DNA of 62,802 bases, counting the filler. It is 12 parts of 12 records of this genome, joined end to end, with 100 filler letters (N's around TTAATTAATTAA, not from the genome) between each part and the next. Parts side by side here need not be neighbours in the genome. Positions count along the whole stretch, not along the records: positions 9,998 to 18,454 come from SRR15195285_3522; positions 18,555 to 23,840 come from SRR15195285_3529; 10 more parts are not named here. One strand, 5' to 3'. Positions 9,998 to 23,200 of this stretch are shown here, piece after piece. Numbering within the stretch: the stretch's first letter is position 1; each line of letters begins with the position of its first letter. Both the position numbers and the translations under genes were made by a program. The notes beneath the pieces are model-generated. The model searched no databases and was not told the origin of the DNA. It worked only from the letters and a program-made list of their open reading frames with translations.

Positions 9998-12900
9998 AGC
10001 AGCAGCAGCAGGAGCAGCAGCAGCAGCGCCAGCAGCAACGTCAACAGCAGCAGCAACAGCAGCAGCGCCAGCAGCAGCAACAGTTGTCGCGCAAGCAGCA
10101 GCAGCAACATCAGCAGCAAGCACGCGCGAAACAGATGGAGGCAAACAAGTCAACGCAGTCGCGCGGCCCGAACAACGTGGGTAACGGTCCGAAGGGCAAG
10201 GGCGGTGCGAAGGTGGCTGCCGAGCGCCCTGCTTCTGCTCCAGCTCTGGGCGCGGATGGTAAAAGCCTTCCGCCCTACGTCCTAAAGCGGCAGGCCAAGA
10301 AAGCCGAGGAGGCGGCGAAAAAGGCCGCCGCCGAGCGCAAGTCGCGTGAAGCGTGGATGAATCAGAACATGACTGGGGCAGCAGGTCGTGGGCCTGCAAT
10401 ACAGGAGCCGGAGCCGGAGCCTGAACCCGAGCCGGGCCCAGGACCAAGCGCACGCTCTAGCTACTCTAAGGGCGGCAAATCGGGTAAGAGCAAACGCAAC
10501 AAGGGCGGAGCAATTGCACAAGCTAATGCTTTCTCGCTGCTCGGGCCGGAGAGTAGTGACAGCGGCGACAGCGACAGCGACTTTGAGAGCGTCAATGGGG
10601 ACGCAAGCTCCGACGGAGACACAACTGACAATGCTAGCAACACCAAAGACTATTCCGAGGAGCTGAAATTCAAGGTTCCAACAAGAGAGCTTGGCCTGCT
10701 GCGCGGGTACGGTGACCAAAACATAAAGCGAGTTGAACAGCGACACGGTGTGTACAGCGTCCAGGTCGACTCAAACGGTCAGGTTGTAATGCGGGGCGAA
10801 AGTCTCGGGTGCCTTGAGGCTGCTAAGCAAGCCCTGCAAGTCGTGGAGGAGACAATTGACGTTCCGAAAGTGCAGTTTGATGCGTACGTAAGGCGGTTCC
10901 GGACAGACACGGCAAAAGCTCGCAGGATCGATGAGATATGGAAGGAGACTAGCGCGCGTGTGAGCTGGGAGAAGGACCCCCGCAAGAAAAGTAGGAAAGG
11001 GTCTAGCGCTTCAACCTGCCAGTTCTCAATCACTGGCCCACGAATTGCGTTGGACATCGCACTGGCAGGGCTGCACGAGGAGCTAGAGGAGGCGTTACAG
11101 CAGCAGCCGCTGCTACCACCGCCGTCGGCTCACAAGCAGGATGCACCGAATCGCAACGGACGCGCTGCTGCTGGGAAGACTACCAGGCAGGGCACTGGGC
11201 CAACTGAAAGCGGGGCAGACGCGCCGGTGGAGCCGAAGCGCGGCCCGCCTGTAGACACAGCCACCAAGGAGCCAGCTTTGCCGCCTCTACCCGCAGGTCT
11301 GTTGGAGAAGATACGATTGCCATGTGACGAACGCTGGGAAAAAGTGCTCGAATCTGAAAACGTGGGGGCCGGAAGAGAAATTGGGGATGTTCTTCCGACT
11401 GTAGTCGTGGCACGGATCGCGCGTCGAATCTTTCCAACCTTGCGCAACACGGAAGCGGTTGGTATGGCCTACCGCACGGTGCCGTCTGATGCAGCTGGCA
11501 TGGTACAGGTCAGCGACCTGAAGCGACTGATGCATAACCTCGTTTTCGTCAACAACCACTTTCCGGCGTTGTACTCCATCAAGCGCAGCTCGGGGTTACC
11601 CATGGATCTCATCACCTTTCGTCGCCACTGGCAGTCTTTCTGCGCGACTCGTGCAGGTGCAGCTGACAAAGCAGAAAGTGCTGAGTCCGCTGACGAAGCA
11701 GATAGCGTGTTTGCGCTGTTGATGGATACGCGTTACCTCCAGGCAATGGAACAGCGGGGCAACGATGGAGCAGAGGTCGATGCTTCCGATCCTGTTGCTG
11801 AAGACCCCATCGTAGAGCGCCCAAGGCACGCGAGCTTTGACGAGTTCGCCTCGGCGCTTGCGATCCGATACGTGCACGAGGAGGACAATGATAGTGGGTT
11901 TGCGGCCGACCTCGAAGAGAAGCTGGCGCTCGCAGCGGAGCTGAAGATCGCTGGGAATGAATCCTATAAGAGTGAGAACTGGTCCGAAGCGATCGAGCAC
12001 TACACTCGTGCTTTGGATGCGATCAAGGCTTGCGAGGCCGAAGCAGAACAGACCGATCTTGCAGCTGTATTGCTCTCGAACCGCGCCGCTGCCCGTGGCC
12101 TGGCGGATCGTTGCATGGACGCGCTTTCAGACTGCGAACGATGTGTTGAGCTCGCCCCTACCTACATGCGAGGCTTGAAGCGTCGTGCTGACTGTCACGC
12201 AGCGTTGGGAGTGTGGGATAAATCGATTCAAGACTTCCAGACGGTTGTAGATTTCTGTGCTGCCCCTGCAAGCACGGAAGGCACCTCTGCTGGAGATGCT
12301 GCTGCGGCTCCTGCGGTGGACGAGCAAACCGCTAAGCTGCTCGTGCAGGCACAAGCTGGCCTACAGTCTGTGGAAAAGGTAAGAAATGAGCAGAAGTGCT
12401 GCCTTTATTTTGAGCTGGTCCAGTCGGTGGATACCACCACGGTGTATTACTTTGGCTCTGCTCCCGCCTGACCCGAAGTGGTATGATAATAATGTGTGCT
12501 GCTGTCTGCGCGCTACAGCTGAAGCAGCAGGGACGACCGAAGGACTACTACCGCATTCTTGGCACCAGCCAGTCCACCTCGGAGAACGAGCTGCGGCTCT
12601 CTTATCGATTGCTGGCGCTCCGCCACCATCCCGACCGAGGAGGTCGCACTGCGCTATGTGACCTCGTCAACGAGGCATACGTTGTGCTTGGCAATCGTCA
12701 GCGTCGGCAGCAGTGTAAGTTCCTTTTGCTAGTATTGTCACTTGGTCCTGGCTAGTCGTGCTGCCCCAGTCAATTTTGTTTCACGATTCTGACTCGCGTG
12801 CCGTCCTACTCTACGCGTCGGTTGACCGGCGATTAATCATGCAGACGACTCAAGCTGTGCGCGCATGCTCGACAACCTGCCACTGCCAACTCCTGCTGGA

Positions 12901-13044
12901 CCAGGAGGCGGAGGTGGTGGCGGCGGAGGTGGTGGCGGCAGTGTGGGCAGCTCCAGCGCCGCCCCTAGGGCAGACGGTGGCGGTGGACAACAAAAAGTAA
13001 AGTCGAAGAAGAAGCGGAAGGGCAACAGCAAGAAGAAGCGTTGA
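9998..13044 (+). CDS. PolyQ / KH-domain / TPR / DnaJ-domain co-chaperone (DNAJC7-like C-terminus), probably 5'-truncated
   Basis: Frame is open from the contig start through a CAG/CAA tract. KH-like VPTRELGLLRGYGDQNIKRVEQ. TPRs (LKIAGNESYK..AIEHYTRAL, LLSNRAAA). J domain DYYRILG..LRHHPDR..VNEAYVVL after introns 12379-12518 and 12715-12844. Basic NLS-like tail. Confidence 0.85.
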
Positions 13045-13186
13045 ATTTGCCGACGCTTAAGCAAGTCGTACACCTGGGTTTACACAATCACGCACGTGCA
13101 CTGCTCAATGCATTGCGTCCCAAAGTTTCTTCCGTGGTATGTGCACTTTCTACGAATAATAGCAAATGCGCGAAGTTTGCTGGCAC

Positions 13187-15202
13187 CTAGGCGAGCTGCG
13201 CTGGCGTGGCTTTGATGATCTCTACACCGTGGCCCAGCACCTCAGCAGAGAAGCTGCCTTCGTGTATACCTTGATCTACACGGTTCCAGATATCCCGCAC
13301 TTTCATAGTGTGCGACTGCACACTCGGACCGAGGGTGCTCCAAGCCATGGTCACATTCGCAGCGTTAGCGCCTGTTCCGTCAGACGGTCTTGCTGTGAGG
13401 ATGGGAAAAATTAGCGGCGAACAGTGCAGGCTGCGCTTTCTTGGAAAGAGAAACGCTGGCATACCGAGGTTCAGGAGTGCGACTGCGAACGATCCATCGC
13501 TGAGCGGTTTGGCGTAGATGTGCGAGCCTGTATCGCTAATGTCCACAAGCGATCCCTGAACACCCCACGAGTCCTATTGTAGAATCCGCCGACGAAGTTA
13601 GTGAGAATCAGCACCCAGCGTCAGTGTCTGTGTGAGGGCCGCTACTAACCTGGTTCACTGCCAAGAGCTCTGGGTTCGTCAGATACCTGCCCAGAGGAGG
13701 AACGTGCATTGGTATAAAATTGTCATCGTTGGAAAAACCCGCCTGAGGAACACACGCATAGCCTACTAGTAGGTCGCGGAGACTTACGCCAGCGTATGCG
13801 ACGCAAGCTTTCGTATGTCGCAGCCGAGCATAGGAGGTGCCGCCATGATCATGAACATTGCATATGTGGATGCTTCCTCGACTACACTCATGCTACCCGT
13901 ACCTGATGCTCCAACCGTGCTTGTACCATGCTCCGGCGTGCCGCTGCGTCACTCATTGCAAGATAGTATATTGGTCACTCATCGCCTCACTTGTCAGCAT
14001 CAGTGGTGGAAAACAATCGTTAGTGTGCACGCACCACCACAAGTCCCCAGCAAAGTTCCATGCGCCTGGCTTTTGAAAAGTCTCGGCGCCGCGGTAATTC
14101 TGCAGCACATTGTGTATGGTGCTTTTCCAACTATTCTGCTTGTCGTTGCCGGTGTACCACGTGTGTGCAACCTCAGGACCCCAAATCCACGCCTCCTCCT
14201 CGAATGTCCGCGCGTACGAGTCTGACAGGCTCGCGTTCGGGTTGTTCAACAAGGGCATGTGGTCTCCTGCCCCGACCTGGATGATCATCGGACGTCCTGT
14301 CGCTTGAATTGCTTTGGACATCACGCGCTGGCTTGCGATGAGATCTGCCCAGCTGCCGTACTCGCAGTTATCTACTTTGACCCAGTCCACACCCCAACCC
14401 GCCTGCGATGACACACGGATCTTAGACGCCTCAATCTGTAGACTCCAGACGCCCACAGATTGACAGTGAACAAGCACACAGCCTATACATAATTAAAGCA
14501 GCTGAGCAAGAGACCAGGTGTGCAGCCTTACAAAGGCTGTTGCATCGGCTGTCTCGTGCCCGCGTGAGCCCCAGTTTCCTCCACACGCTGATGCAGAAGC
14601 ACTGGTGTAAATGCCAATTTTGAAACCGCGTCCGTGCAGCCAGTCGGCAAGCGGCTTGATACCCCCAGGAAATTTCGTAGAGTTGGCAACTATGGCGCCC
14701 TGCGCATCGCGTGGCGCCTGGGTTTTGCACGTCGTGTCAGCATCGAAATGTCCTGTCGCTGTATATTCAGCGCAGGCTTCCCAGCCCTCGTCGATCTGCA
14801 GCGTGTCCCAGCCGAGTGCCTGTAGACCCGTTTCATTTAGCGCCAGTGCCACCTCTTTGATGATACCTGCACCGGCAACCACGCCTCCTGATCAACATTG
14901 GCGACGACAGAGCTTATCCCAACAGAAAGAAGCTCCCATCGCCGAGACCGCTCCGCCTCAGTAGGTACACAGCAGCGGAAACATCCCGCATTCCAACACC
15001 ACTCAGATAGTGAGAGCCAATTGGTAGGAGTGACACTATACATAGTAGACCTACTGGCGTTGACTTCGAAACGGCATAGGTCCCACGACGTCCATGCTTG
15101 GGGTGGTGTCAGTGCGAGGCCATTGTCCAGGCCAAACACGGGTGTGTGAAGCAGCTGCTGCCCCAGCAACAGCAGCAGCAGCATCAGCAGCAGGGGCAGC
15201 AT
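13187..15202 (-). CDS. Secreted GH27 alpha-galactosidase, multi-exon
   Basis: Signal peptide followed by LDNGLALTPP, IDEGW, KFPGGIKPLADWLHGRGFKIGIYT, WGVDWVKVDNC, C-terminal KPLSDGSFAVALLN and VRDIW. Exons are spread over several frames. Confidence 0.92.
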
Positions 15203-15436
15203 CCGATCCGCTTCGTTCGTTCCGTCCGCGGCACGCGCAGCATATATACTCTATGCGTATCTATCTGCGTATATATATCTATGCACGCGCGACCGCGCGC
15301 GCGGGCATATTTATATATATACACGCATATCTAGTGCTGCGCGCGCGTGGACCGGCCGGGTGCGTGGTGCGATACACCCTAGCCGGTAGGCTCTGAGCGA
15401 GCCGGTTACAGTGGCGCTTCGCCGCGTTCGTCGCAC

Positions 15437-17591
15437 ATGCTTACGATGCTGGCGCTCTGCTCACTTGCGGCCATGGTCGTTGCTGCTGCTGCGACTGCCA
15501 CAGTGCCAGACAGACTGATGAATGACACGGCGCGTTTCTGTGAGATACATACATGATTTTACCCGCGCCGGTATCGTAGGGCTGCAAAAACGCTGCTAGA
15601 AAACGCAGCGGAGCTAGCCAGCTAGTGGCGGTGGGTGGCTGCTGCCAGCTTGCTGCCATCTAGCACGCTGCATAGCTGTGTATCCACGCCGATCCAGCTG
15701 GCTGACATCTGCAGTAGCGGGTTCATCACGTACGTATGCGCATGTCTGCAGGGGACGCGTTCCGTGACCCAACGAATGGATTGTACTGTGACCATTTCGC
15801 CTTCGATGGCCCCGATGCGGCATCCAATCGCGCAGCGGCGCGGAGCGGCGCTCCTGTTTGTGATGGTCAGCAGTACTCAAGCGCTGCGACCGGTATGGGG
15901 CTTGTTGCGATGAGTGCATTCGCCGAAATGGGCCTGCTCAGCAAGGCAGAGGCCGAAGAGCGTGCCCTGCAGACGGTGGAGTCTCTGGCGACACTGTGGC
16001 CTCGCGAGAAGTTCAGCGGATTTTTTGTTCATTTCTGCAACCGGGGAAGCCCAACATTTCGTGCAACTTCTGAATACAGCACAGTTGACACTGCAGAGAT
16101 GGTAATGGGTGCCCTTTTCGCAGGCAATTATTTTGGAGGCGCTCTTCAGCGTGGGGCACAGAAAATTGCAAAAGAGGTGAAGTGGTCAGTGGCCATTGAG
16201 AGTGCGACCAGCCCCACAATCTACCCGACTGTCAACGCTGTAAGCCGTACAAACACGCACCTCGCCCATCATCTTTTCTCAGCTCCCCTCGCATCCACCT
16301 GTTTTCGATTGTTGCATTGCGGACTCTCAAGCACCGCGGTGCACCGCGGGCCCATGCATCGGACGATGCCAATGCAGACGTCAGGCGTCCCCGGGGGGAA
16401 TATTCGCCCGTACAACGAATATTATATAGTTGCGTACATCGCGAAACTGATGGAGGAGACGGAGTTGCATGCTTCGGTGGCTGCTGGCGCATCAAGCAGC
16501 TATGCGCAGCCCGGCAAAGCTATTCGGTACTGGGAGACCTACTTTGGTTCTCAGGGCCCACCAGCTGGACGTGGAGGATATCCAGCGAGGGTCGCGTATC
16601 AAGGATTTGAACTGCTTACAGACAATCCGAATCGCCACTTCATGAGTAGTTTCAGTGCGACTTCAGGACGGCCAGCTCCTTGTTGCTCAGTTACCTTTCT
16701 CTCAATGGAATAACTGACCGTGTTTTGCTGTGTTGTGTACGCTTGGCTTGATGTGGTCGCTATGCATTGCTGTTTTGGTCTGTTGCCGCCAACATCATCA
16801 ACAGTCCCTCAGTTTTGTTGGTTCCTGACGAAGTCGTTCCACACCAACAAGTACTACTCACAGGAACTCTACCCCGCCTGGCTTGCGGCAGACATGAAAT
16901 ATTGGCAGACTTCATTGAACCAATCTTCTACTTGCTGGGGTAGTGCGTGGTCCAAGTTCTAGCTATTTGCGCTCAACCATTATTTTGGTATTGCCAGTGG
17001 AGCGCAATGTCAAGATGTTGCACCCAGGGCAATGTTGCGCTCCACTGGCAGTACCAATTAATTTGTGACCCACTGGCAGTTCTAATTGCAGTTGGCATAG
17101 AACCTGTCCATACACATCCAGGGCAATGTTGCATTGCTCATTGCTTTTGTGTACAATTGATCTCCGTGCCCGAACGCCATTGTTTGTTTTTACTGTTCGC
17201 AGAGCCTGTTCTTGGGAAGGTGTTTGGCTGCGGTGCTGGCGCATCGCCAACTGGGTACGGTGTCAACCGGATTACAGACAGCGGTGTTGCGTCGACGGAT
17301 GGAGTCTTCAGCGCTGCGATCATGGCTGGTTTTCTTGGCGCAACCGCACCCCACTCCGCTTTACGCGACGATATTGTGAACATGCTGCACTGGTTGTACG
17401 CAAATGAGGTCTGCGTGTACAAGAAGTCCCTTCCACCGGACGGGGATGCTGTGTCTGTGCTGTGGCGATGCTCTGTGAACACCCCAGACTGGCGCGCACC
17501 AATCGCGGACTCAGTCGATTATTCTACCATGGTACTCGGGTATAGCTTGAACTTTGTGCGCGAAGACTTTTACGCGACATACGCAGCGTAA
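15437..17591 (+). CDS. Secreted GH144/glycoamylase-like (alpha/alpha)6 glycoside hydrolase (putative beta-1,2-glucanase), multi-exon
   Basis: Signal peptide MLTMLALCSLAAMVV. Motifs SSAATGMGL, AEERALQTVESL, GFFVHF, EYSTVDTAEMVMGAL, PYNEY. Divergent from the GH27 gene. Confidence 0.75.
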
Positions 17592-17639
17592 TGAACGTGA
17601 AAATCGCGCCTTCTCATTGGGGGTGTTCTCATTCGTGCT

Positions 17640-18209
17640 CTACACGTTCACGCCCGCCGCAAGCAACACGAAAAAGCTCCCGAGCCCTAACGCTACAGAT
17701 GCGACAAAACTCAGGCAGAGAAGAGTTGGCAGCCGATCGCAAAGCTTTTCAAGCTCCTGGTCACGAGGATCCGGTTCGCGCCACAGTCGCAACAGAAATC
17801 GGGCCCCTGCTATTAGCCCAACCGTCGAAAACGTCGCAGCAAGTGAAGAGTGCAACGTAGGGTCCACAGGCGGCCGAAACGCGACATGCCTGTCGCCATT
17901 CTCGCTGTTCGGCGGCACTGGTCCAGCCACGGCGGGTAGGACAGTCAGGGTCTCCAGGTTGAGCTCCTCGACCTGGTTCTGTGTCTCAGCCCATCCGGCA
18001 GCAGCGTGCATGCCACTGCGTCCAGCAGCGCAAACACTCGGAGACAGAGCAACGCTGGCGCACAGCACCACGTGGCTCAGTCTAGCGCCACCATCGAAGC
18101 GAGTCAGGCGAAACCCACAGCGATGCATCGGCTCTGTCGACCTCGAGACGCTATTCGAAAGGGTTGGCTGGGAGGGCAAGGAGCGGCTATCAGGCCACGC
18201 GTGCAGCAA
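17640..18209 (-). CDS. Hypothetical protein with C-terminal hydrophobic anchor (5' end unresolved)
   Basis: 189-codon ORF ending in a hydrophobic helix, convergent with the previous gene. No ATG at the ORF start and no family recognised. Confidence 0.3.
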   Translation of the reverse strand: MLHAWPDSRSLPSQPTLSNSVSRSTEPMHRCGFRLTRFDGGARLSHVVLCASVALSPSVCAAGRSGMHAAAGWAETQNQVEELNLETLTVLPAVAGPVPPNSENGDRHVAFRPPVDPTLHSSLAATFSTVGLIAGARFLLRLWREPDPRDQELEKLCDRLPTLLCLSFVASVALGLGSFFVLLAAGVNV

Positions 18210-19520
18210 TCTTCATATTTGGTTCGGTGGATTGGCTGAGGTCCTTGGATTGGTTTGCCCTCCGCAGTCCTTCGAGAACCCAGCAGCTTGCGTCGATGCG
18301 CTGGCAGAGCAGCTAGCGTGCCTGGCACGAGGCAGCGAGGGAGAGACTCGCATCACTCCATCCGGCGATCATGTGTCGATGAGTGCACCAGCGCGAGCCC
18401 GCGCGCGCCCGGCGCGCCGCCGCGCCGGGAGATCCGGGAATTTCTGTCTACAATNNNNNNNNNNNNNNNNNNNNNNNNNNNNNNNNNNNNNNNNNNNNTT
18501 AATTAATTAANNNNNNNNNNNNNNNNNNNNNNNNNNNNNNNNNNNNNNNNNNNNGCACAGGCTGGGTGTTGATGCCTTTGGGGTTCTGAAAACACACTGA
18601 GAAATGAAGTGACTCACGCCGACCGCCGCGAGCCGCCGGTGTTCCTGAGCGAATCAATACTGGATTTAGTGGTGTTTCCGAGGGCAGCGTGGGAAGAAGT
18701 GAGTTCTGAGTGATTGGGGGGGAAATGTCGACGCAGAGAGCTTAGATATCTGTTTGTAAACTGTACAGTGAATATACATTTACATAGACATAAATACGAG
18801 TTTGTAACTCGGCGGGGGTGCGATTCGCGGTGATCCTCTATCCTACCCAAGAGTTCAATTCTGGATGAGCATTCAGACCGGAGGGGAAGGCAGCGCATGT
18901 TGGAATAACACTAGTTTTAGTAGTCCCCCTGGCAAACAGCAGCGACTCTCGAGAGGGTGCTGTCATGGTCAGGGCGTGTTGCCCCGTAAAACTTACTGAC
19001 TAATTATTGCCAAGTCCTCCGTCACCAGCTGAAGCGCCGGAATGTACCGTAGCTGTACAGCTGAAATCGTTCCAAAATGAAACGGCCTTGACTCGGGCTT
19101 TTATGCAAAATCAATCGCCGGTGTATTTTTCTTTTCAATAATCGTGCAGTCTGTATTGGAAACCCCTACCATTCTGCAGAAGCCACTGAACTCTGAAAGT
19201 CTGAAAGGCTGTCCTCATCGAAGAACCGACCCTCTCCGGCACCGGTCGGTAGACGGTACCGTCACGGTACGGACCCGCCGGGCAGTGACCAGGATTCAAT
19301 TCTTGATCAGCGGTCGTCAGAACAAGGCGAATTTTGTTAGTAAACCGCGGAACAGACCAGCGACTCCAGGTGGTCAGAGGAGTCCGCGGTATTCATTAGT
19401 GGGTTTCTCATACCCCTCTAGAGAGCCACAGCGTGGTCTTTTTCTTTTTCCGCTCATCCCACGGTGACTGTAGGGAGACTGTCGGCCACTCACCGTGTTG
19501 CGAACACTTACAGGCGGGCG

Positions 19521-20109
19521 ATGGCGGGCTTCGGCGCGAAGGTGGATATGGTGCGCCCGCCCTCGAGCTGCGTGTCTGCTGTCTGCGCTGTGTCGTGTGC
19601 ATCACTGCAGAGCGCTCACGTGGACGCGCGTGCTGTGCGAACGCACGCAGATCTCGAGCAACGTGCATGAGGTGGCTCGCAACTCCATCTGGCGCGAGCA
19701 CGTAGGCAAGGAGAAGAAGGAGTTCAAGGCGGGCGGCACCTTCCAGCTCTTCGATCCGTCCCGCCTCGCGACGGTGGTGGCCAAGCCGCCGATGGCTGAG
19801 CGCCTTCCGCGGCTGCCGGGCACCCCCCCCACCCCGGGGACGCAGTCGGCGCGCGACGCGGCCGGTAGGGAGAACATGGCATCGACCCAGAGGTTCATGT
19901 CCACCTTCAAAAACACGACGATGCAGCCGCGTGAGCGCTACGGCCGCCCATTGACGTCGAGCCACGATGTCGGCTGGGAGTGGCGTCCGCTCACGCCGCG
20001 CAATCCGCGCTTCATGGCCAATCGGCGAATGTGTGCGGAGACGGTGTACGCCAACAAGTACACGATGATGACAAACGGAATCGGGCCGTACGTCTACAAG
20101 TCAAGGTGA
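19521..20109 (+). CDS. CFAP144: FAM183/CFAP144-like ciliary microtubule inner protein
   Basis: Exon MAGFGAK plus intron 19542-19650, then VHEVARNSIWREHVGKE...VVAKP...PRERYGRPLTSSHDVGW, matching the FAM183 pattern. Confidence 0.7.
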
Positions 20110-20214
20110 TGTGAGCCTGGCTGGATCATAATCTTTCTGTGAGACGACATTCTTTATTGTAGTCAGCCGCTGGGGCTGCCGGCTGTGTGCTGAATGCACA
20201 TGCGCGTCCCGTTT

Positions 20215-23200
20215 TCAACTGGAGGTGTACCTCAGTGCATGCACACCACCCTCGTAGTCACCGATCAACAGCGTGCTGCCGGCGGTCCACGACCTTGGTC
20301 CCGCGAGGCAAGTTGGATGCCTGTCTAACTGAAGCAGCGAGGCTGCCTCTGGCACGATGCCTTTCCCTTTCCCGTTGTTGCTCCCGAAGTCCCAGACGTG
20401 CAGCCGCTCGTCCCAGGAAGCGCTGAGCCCGAGCGTAGCATCGTCGGATATCAGGCACGGCAGCCCCCGAGAAACCCACTCGCTGAGGTCAGACCATGAA
20501 CGCAGCAGAGCTCGATCCTCGAGGTTCCACATCCACAGCTGCGGGTTTCCTGGCTCCTCTGCAGTTGCTGAGAGACCAATTTTGCCGTCTGCGCTGACCG
20601 CTGTGCTCTGAACACGCCCCGTCATCGGTTGAGGCATCGTCTCTGCTGCCACTGCTACGAGGTCTACGAATTCGCCCTCCTCAATATCGACCCGGACAAG
20701 TGAGCCCTTCCACCCACCAACCAGCGCAACGCCACCGCCGACGGCCACGCAGTTTGGCTTCACACCGTGCAAGGTTAGCCGAATGTCGACAGATGGACTA
20801 TCTGCATCGATGACGCTCAGTTCGCTATCCTCAGAAACAGCCACGAGCTGGTCGTGACCCGTGCCTGAAAACGCCAGACCACGTATCGCATCAGAATGAG
20901 GCTCGAACTGCTCGTGTAGAGGCCAAAGCCGTTTCGGTCCTCGTCCGCGGGGCGCTTTCAGTTCGTACATCAAGATAGCTGCCTCGTCTGTCCCGACAGC
21001 AACCAACTCACCGTCGTCTGAAACAGCTAAACAAGTTGGCATTTCCCGCTCGTCGTCGGCGTTCTTTGGCCGTCTGAATGCCCTTTTCGTATCGGTGTTT
21101 CGGATGGATTCCCCTGCGTCTTCAGCAGCAGGAGTTAAATTCCAGACTTTCAGCTGTCCGTCAGTTCTTCCAAGAGACAGGCCTGTTTTGGCATCTGCAA
21201 CTGCAACTGAGACGACATCACCGTCGTGCCAACCAAGCGATGTTGAGGATTTGGCCTCCTGCTCTGCTTGCGCAATCGACCACGCTTTGATATCAAGACT
21301 CCCGGATAGAGCAATACTGTCTGCGTGAAGCTCACACGCAAACACACCTGTGTTTAGTGTAACCTTGCCAACTTCACTCACGGCACCCTTTGCAGGTATT
21401 CTCCACATTCGTAGTGTACCATCATCTGAGCCAGTTACGGCCACATCGCCGTGAGCGGATAGCGCACAGCAGTGGATCCAGTCCTCATGACCCGTTTCTT
21501 TCGATCCCAACAGTGTTGGGGACGGAACATCCACGCCAGGCTGCATCGTCAAATGCCACAGCCGAGAGATCGTATCATCGCACGCAGCCAGCAGTTGGAG
21601 GCCATCTTGTGATAGCGACACTGCGCGGCACTCATCTGGACAAGCAAGGGTGTGAATCGCTGACGTCTGCTGGCCTTTCCAGACAAGGATGGTTCCATCA
21701 ACACAGCCACAAGCAACTGTTTGCGAGGCGGCAGCGACATCATCGATCTGACTCTTGGCTCCCCCCAATTCCCGCTCCAGCTTGCCTGTGCTTATGTCGA
21801 AGACTTGCACCGTCACGCCATAGCCAACATAAATCTGCTGTTCTGAGCTAGGGACTGACGATAGAGCAAGTGCTAAATGCTCCGGTGTTACGTCGGGTTG
21901 ATCAGGATAGAGTGGGACAGGGATCCCACAGTGGATTTTCACAGGAGATCTGCCTGTCCCCAGCACGATCTCTCGTTGAACGCTGCCAGTATCTAGATCA
22001 TAAACGATCAACTTGCTATCCTCTGCGCAACTGCATCCAAATTTGCTGCCACCAACGAACGCAACTGCTCGCACTAGGTGTTGGTGCGCCTGCATATGGT
22101 GTACGAGCTGCGCATCGGCTAAAGACCAAAGCTTGACTGTCATATCATTCGATCCAGACAGCATGAACGCACCGTCGGCCGACACAGACAGCGTTCGGAT
22201 CCAGTCGGTGTGTGCAGCCATTGTCTGCCTCAGAGGGCCGTCCGTTGATGTCAGCAAATTTGGTTTCGGCGCCAACGAGACGTGGCAGGTACGACCAATC
22301 TGCACTGTTCCAGCTTCCAGTCGAGACCTTGCAGCTGCGACACATGGTAATTTTTGCGGCAGACGTCCTGCTAGCTGAAAAGCCAGCTGGTCCGGCTCGG
22401 ACTCAACAATATGTGCGCACTGTCCAAACGCAAGGCCGATTGCTTCGTTCTCAGTGCTCTTGAATTGTCGGAAATCGAACAGAATCGAAGCCACGTCGCC
22501 GCAGGTTGCCCGCAGCTTCGTATCCAGCCATGCAAATTCACTTAGTAACCCCGCGGCTTCACCATGGCCATCATCGCCACGCGACTCGACAAGATGGTAC
22601 GCGAGCCAAGTGCAGAAAAAGCTAGCATCTGGGTCCCCGACCGTAGTACAGTTCCACCACTCATGTGATCCGTCCACTCTGTTCTGGTAGTGACTCAGGA
22701 GCCTGCCATGCAGCTCTTGCTGTCGCGCCGCAGATGTGCGATCTCGAACGTAGGCGCGCTGCAAATCGTGCAGTCTTATTTCTGTAAACGCTGCGTCGCC
22801 TCGAACAGCCAGTAGTCTCCGTGCACTCAGCTCTTGAACTGCACCAGCAGGACTATGAAGGCAATAAACATCTAACACAGCCAAAGGGATCCACACGTCC
22901 TCTGGGAAAATTGACAGCTCCACATAAAGCTCGCGAATGGCAGGGTCGAGTGATGCAAGATTGAAATCAATCGCGCGCTCTACCACAGTCTCCGCTTCCA
23001 TGGACTGGACCGCCAGATTGACATCCGCCCAGGATTGATGCGGACCACCTACTGTGATTCCGCCAGCAACGATCGCTATTGCAAGTGGAAGCCGATCACA
23101 TGCTGACAAGACTGCCTTGGCTTCATCACCGAATTGCCATCCAGAGGCACCAGCCGAAGCGCGCAAGAGGCTTTCACCATCTGCATCTGAGAACGAACCG

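Noticed and set aside
17554-18454. Long antisense and alternative-frame ORFs here and throughout the track
   Set aside because: Expected shadow ORFs in GC-rich DNA, with low-complexity Arg/Ser/Ala translations and no motifs.
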